DNA of 64,000 nucleotides from Roseivirga sp. (GTDB lineage Bacteria; Bacteroidota; Bacteroidia; Cytophagales; Cyclobacteriaceae): NCBI GenBank assembly GCA_029262895.1, contig JAJCYM010000002.1, positions 40,482 to 104,481 of the forward strand, read 5' to 3'. Shown piece by piece: positions 60,550 to 64,000 of this stretch (position 1 is its first letter; each line of letters starts with the position of its first letter). The notes under the pieces were generated by a model. It saw only the letters and a program-made list of their open reading frames with translations, ran no database searches and was not told where the DNA came from. The position numbers and the translations under genes were made by a program.

Positions 60550-61944
60550 TTAGAGATGTATTACCTCATCATAGGCAGCAGCAGCAGCTTCCATTACTGC
60601 TTCAGACATTGTAGGGTGCGGGTGTACCGTTTTGATTACGTCATGCCCCGTAGTTTCCAGCCTTCTGGCAGAAACCACTTCGGCAATCATCTCTGTAACA
60701 TTGGCGCCAATCATGTGTGCACCCAACCATTCTCCGTATTTGGCATCAAAAATAACTTTGACAAAGCCTTCGCTATGTCCTGCCGCCTTGGCCTTACCCG
60801 AAGCTGAGAATGGAAATTTACCCACTTTCACTTCGTAGCCCGCAGCTTTAGCCGCTGCTTCAGTGTATCCCACAGACGCCACTTCAGGGCTGCAATAGGT
60901 ACAGCCTGGAATGTTATTGTAGTCAAGCGGCTCTGGATTCTGTCCAGTTATTTTTTCTACGCATATAATGCCTTCGGCAGAAGCTACATGTGCCAATGCC
61001 GGGCCATGAACGATATCCCCAATAGCGTAAATTCCGGGAATGTTGGTTTTATAATAATCATCAACGATTATTTTGCCTCTGTCTGTGGCCACGCCAACAT
61101 CTTCCAGGCCAATGCCTTCGAGGTTGGTGGCTACGCCAACAGCAGACAACACCACATCAGCTTCTAATACCACGTCTCCCTTCTTGGTTTTCACAGAGAC
61201 TTTGCATTTGGCCCCTTTGGTATCAACAGCAGTCACTTCTGAGTTGGTCATGATTTTCATCTTGGCCTTTTTGTAAGTTCTTTCCAGCTGTTTTGAAACG
61301 TCTTCGTCCTCAACCGGAACGATGCGATCCATAAATTCCACTATGGTAACCTGAGTACCAATGGAGTTATAGAAGTAGGCAAATTCAACGCCAATGGCTC
61401 CGGAACCCACTATCACCATAGACTCGGGCTTTTTGTCGAGCACCATGGCTTCGCGATATCCAATGATTTTCTTTCCATCAATTGGCAAGTTTGGCAATTC
61501 TCTGGATCTGCCACCTGTGGCGACAATGATGTGATCCGCAGCATAGTCCGCTTTAGAACCATCCTCAGCAGTGACTTCAACTTTCTTACCGGCCTTCAAT
61601 TTTCCAAAGCCTGCTATATGATCAATCTTATTTTTTTTGAAGAGGAATTGAATCCCCTTGCTCATTCCACCAGCTACATCACGACTTCTTTTGACCATGC
61701 CCTCAAAATCCACAGAAGCGTCTTTGATATCAATGCCATAATCTTTGGCATGCTGCACATATTCAAATACCTGAGCGCTCTTCAAAAGTGCTTTTGTAGG
61801 GATACAACCCCAGTTCAAGCAAATTCCACCTAATTCTGAGCGTTCTATCACACCCACTTTCATTCCCAATTGAGAAGCTCGGATCGCTGCTACATAACCG
61901 CCCGGTCCACTACCAATTACTAATAAATCATACTTCGTAGCCAT
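60550..61944 (-). CDS. lpdA: Dihydrolipoamide dehydrogenase
   Basis: GSGPGGY FAD motif, CLNWGC redox disulfide, GSGAIG, HPHPTMSE. Confidence 0.97.
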   Translation of the reverse strand: MATKYDLLVIGSGPGGYVAAIRASQLGMKVGVIERSELGGICLNWGCIPTKALLKSAQVFEYVQHAKDYGIDIKDASVDFEGMVKRSRDVAGGMSKGIQFLFKKNKIDHIAGFGKLKAGKKVEVTAEDGSKADYAADHIIVATGGRSRELPNLPIDGKKIIGYREAMVLDKKPESMVIVGSGAIGVEFAYFYNSIGTQVTIVEFMDRIVPVEDEDVSKQLERTYKKAKMKIMTNSEVTAVDTKGAKCKVSVKTKKGDVVLEADVVLSAVGVATNLEGIGLEDVGVATDRGKIIVDDYYKTNIPGIYAIGDIVHGPALAHVASAEGIICVEKITGQNPEPLDYNNIPGCTYCSPEVASVGYTEAAAKAAGYEVKVGKFPFSASGKAKAAGHSEGFVKVIFDAKYGEWLGAHMIGANVTEMIAEVVSARRLETTGHDVIKTVHPHPTMSEAVMEAAAAAYDEVIHL

Positions 61945-61977
61945 ATATCAATTTTTTATTTTCCCCTTAAATTGCCG

Positions 61978-61985
61978 CAAAGTTA
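61978..61985 (-). promoter_or_regulatory. -7 promoter box TAACTTTG for lpdA
   Basis: TAnnTTTG match 33 nt upstream of the start codon. Confidence 0.5.
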
Positions 61986-62050
61986 ATTCAAAACATGGCA
62001 CAAAAAAATAGGATATTGGTGGTCTTAAACCTTTTCATTTTCTTTGAGGC

Positions 62051-62218
62051 ATGAAAGGAAGGCTATATGCAATTGGGGTGATTGGTGCAGTAATGATGGC
62101 ACTGGGAATTCTGCTTGACAATGAGTTCAACCAAGCCCTTCAGTGGATGGGAACCGGGATGTTGGTTTCCTTTGTCTTCCTAATAACACCACATTACAGA
62201 AATCCAGAAAAAGAATGA
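62051..62218 (+). CDS. 55-aa two-TM protein (not in ORF track) translationally coupled to fabG
   Basis: MKGRLYAIGVIGAVMMALGILLDNEFNQALQWMGTGMLVSFVFLITPHYRNPEKE; its TGA overlaps the fabG ATG (ATGA at 62215-62218). Confidence 0.65.
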   Translation: MKGRLYAIGVIGAVMMALGILLDNEFNQALQWMGTGMLVSFVFLITPHYRNPEKE

Positions 62219-62961
62219 GTTTACTAAAAGGAAAAACCGCATTGGTAACAGGTGCATCTAAAGGTATTGGTAAAGCTATAGCTACGCGATATGCAGAAGA
62301 AGGCGCAAATGTTGCATTCACTTATTTGTCAAGTGTTGAAAAGGGAGAAGCTCTGGAAGCAGAGCTAGCCGCTTTCGGAGTTAAAGCTAAAGGATACAGG
62401 TCTGATGCCTCTGACTATGCTGCCTCTGAAGAATTGGTTAATGGAATTGTTGAGGAATTTGGCTCTCTTGACATAATCGTCAACAACGCAGGAATCACGA
62501 AGGACAATCTCCTTATGAGGATGACTGAAGAAATGTGGGATACAGTGATCAATGTAAACCTCAAATCTTGCTTCAATACAGTAAAGGCTGCGGCCAGAAC
62601 TATGATGAAGCAGCGGGCCGGTTCAATTATCAACATCACCTCGGTTGTTGGTGTAAAGGGTAATGCCGGACAAGCCAATTATGCAGCTTCAAAGGCTGGT
62701 ATTATCGGTTTTACCAAGTCAGTCGCCTTGGAGTTGGGATCAAGGGGCATACGCTCCAATGCTGTTGCTCCCGGTTTTATCGAAACAGAAATGACAGAGG
62801 TGCTGGATGAAAAGACTGTGCAAGGCTGGAGAGATGCTATTCCAATGAAACGTGGTGGCTCTCCGGATGAAGTAGCGAACCTTTGCGTCTATCTCGGCTC
62901 TGACATTTCCACCTATATCACCGGGCAGGTCATTCATGTGGATGGCGGGATGGCTACGTGA
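62215..62961 (+). CDS. fabG: 3-oxoacyl-ACP reductase
   Basis: TGASKGIG, NNAGITKDNL, NYAASK, GFIETEMT; ATG at 62215. Confidence 0.93.
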   Translation: MSLLKGKTALVTGASKGIGKAIATRYAEEGANVAFTYLSSVEKGEALEAELAAFGVKAKGYRSDASDYAASEELVNGIVEEFGSLDIIVNNAGITKDNLLMRMTEEMWDTVINVNLKSCFNTVKAAARTMMKQRAGSIINITSVVGVKGNAGQANYAASKAGIIGFTKSVALELGSRGIRSNAVAPGFIETEMTEVLDEKTVQGWRDAIPMKRGGSPDEVANLCVYLGSDISTYITGQVIHVDGGMAT

Positions 62962-63420
62962 TTTGAAGATTGGCCAATTAGTCAATTGTGAGATGTACGA
63001 TTTATGAAGTACGATTTTGGATTGGTGAATTGGGAGATTTGGTAATTGGTTGGGATTAGCGCGTTGGCCTTCCCCTTTAGGGGTTAGGGGCTGCGGTGGA
63101 TGTTTGGAATTGGAAGATTGGGAAATTAGGAGATTGGTTAATTGAACGGGAGACGCTTCATACTTCAGCGAAAGAAAAGCTTAGCGCACAAAGCTGGCTT
63201 TTCTATTCTGAGTTTGCGAAGAATCTCAGTCAGGAAACATGAAATCAAAATTTGAATTTCACCTTTTGGAATTTGTCTCCTTCGCCATGCTTCGGTGACT
63301 GACAAGTGCTTGTTTTTTTGGATTTTCCGTATGAGGTGCTTCATGCTTCAGCAAAAGAAAGACATACAAAGCGAGCAATTTTCAAATCAACAAATTTTCA
63401 AATCTTTCAATTGAAAGACC
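62962..63420. repeat. Mosaic of short palindromic and about 8-nt tandem repeats
   Basis: TTGRAGAT/TTGGTAAT runs; CCCCTTTAGGGG; direct repeat GCTTCATRCTTCAGCRAAAGAAA near 63156 and 63338; ATTTTCAAAT runs. Confidence 0.55.
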
Positions 63421-63516
63421 GTTCGTAAAAAGCCTCCGAAAAAATAAAATGGTTAATGATCTATTTTCGTTTTATTGCGTAATAGATTTAATTAACAATC
63501 TTTTGTAGGGTATTAC

Positions 63517-64000
63517 GTGAAGTCATCGTTGGCAATTCAATCTTTTCTTTCTAAAATTTCTGTTCAAACAGACGGTTCTGCTTGGTTTATTGGCTTGTGC
63601 ATTCTGGCAGGTGCAGTCTATGCTTTAATACTCTATTCCAAGAAGTCTCCCTGGAACAAACAGGTAAATAGATTCTTAACCGCAGTCCGTTTTGTCCTTG
63701 TTACTTTGGTTTGCTTCCTGCTTTTAGGGCCACTGCTTAATCAAACCAGTTTCTTCTCCGAAAAACCAGTGATTGTACTAGCTGTGGACAATTCAGCTTC
63801 TTTGCCTTCTGCCTACGATTCTATCGCTTTTGAATCATTAAAAGCTCAGATCAGTGATTTTTCAGATGATCTCTCTGCATTAGACTATGACTTGAAGGTT
63901 CGAAGCCTGGATGGGTACAGAAACACATTTCAGCAGGTAAGCTTTGATCAGGAATCGACCAATCTACAATCTCTGTTGAAGAATATTGAAAAGGAATTTG
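63517..64000 (+). CDS. Membrane-anchored VWA-domain protein, 5' part (runs off the window)
   Basis: GTG start, two TM helices, then VLAVDNSAS (MIDAS-like); frame open to the window end. Confidence 0.75.
   Translation, partial: MKSSLAIQSFLSKISVQTDGSAWFIGLCILAGAVYALILYSKKSPWNKQVNRFLTAVRFVLVTLVCFLLLGPLLNQTSFFSEKPVIVLAVDNSASLPSAYDSIAFESLKAQISDFSDDLSALDYDLKVRSLDGYRNTFQQVSFDQESTNLQSLLKNIEKEF

Overview
Chromosomal window from a Bacteroidota bacterium. TAnnTTTG promoter boxes and the gene content point to Cytophagales (inference). Housekeeping genes include grpE-dnaJ, atpD-atpC, prfC, dnaK, lpdA, fabG, tRNA-Ala(GGC) and tRNA-Pro(GGG). Four accessory blocks are interspersed: (1) a five-gene planctomycete-type DUF1553/DUF1501 cytochrome-c cluster at 15.9-23.7 kb; (2) a dipeptidase / small membrane peptide / Na+:solute symporter operon; (3) a stand-alone tube-tube-spike-PAAR cassette of eCIS type with no sheath or baseplate, at 40.3-43.4 kb just after tRNA-Ala; (4) an array of three PadR / orphan ABC-permease units at 47.8-57.0 kb, with a 383-bp repeated junction and an in-frame-deleted mini-PadR. 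Intergenic DNA carries several palindromic repeat families, including a MITE-like element seen in both filled and empty form. grpE and dnaK share an identically spaced upstream motif. No CRISPR array, prophage or transposase was seen. All calls come from motif reading only; no database searches were run.
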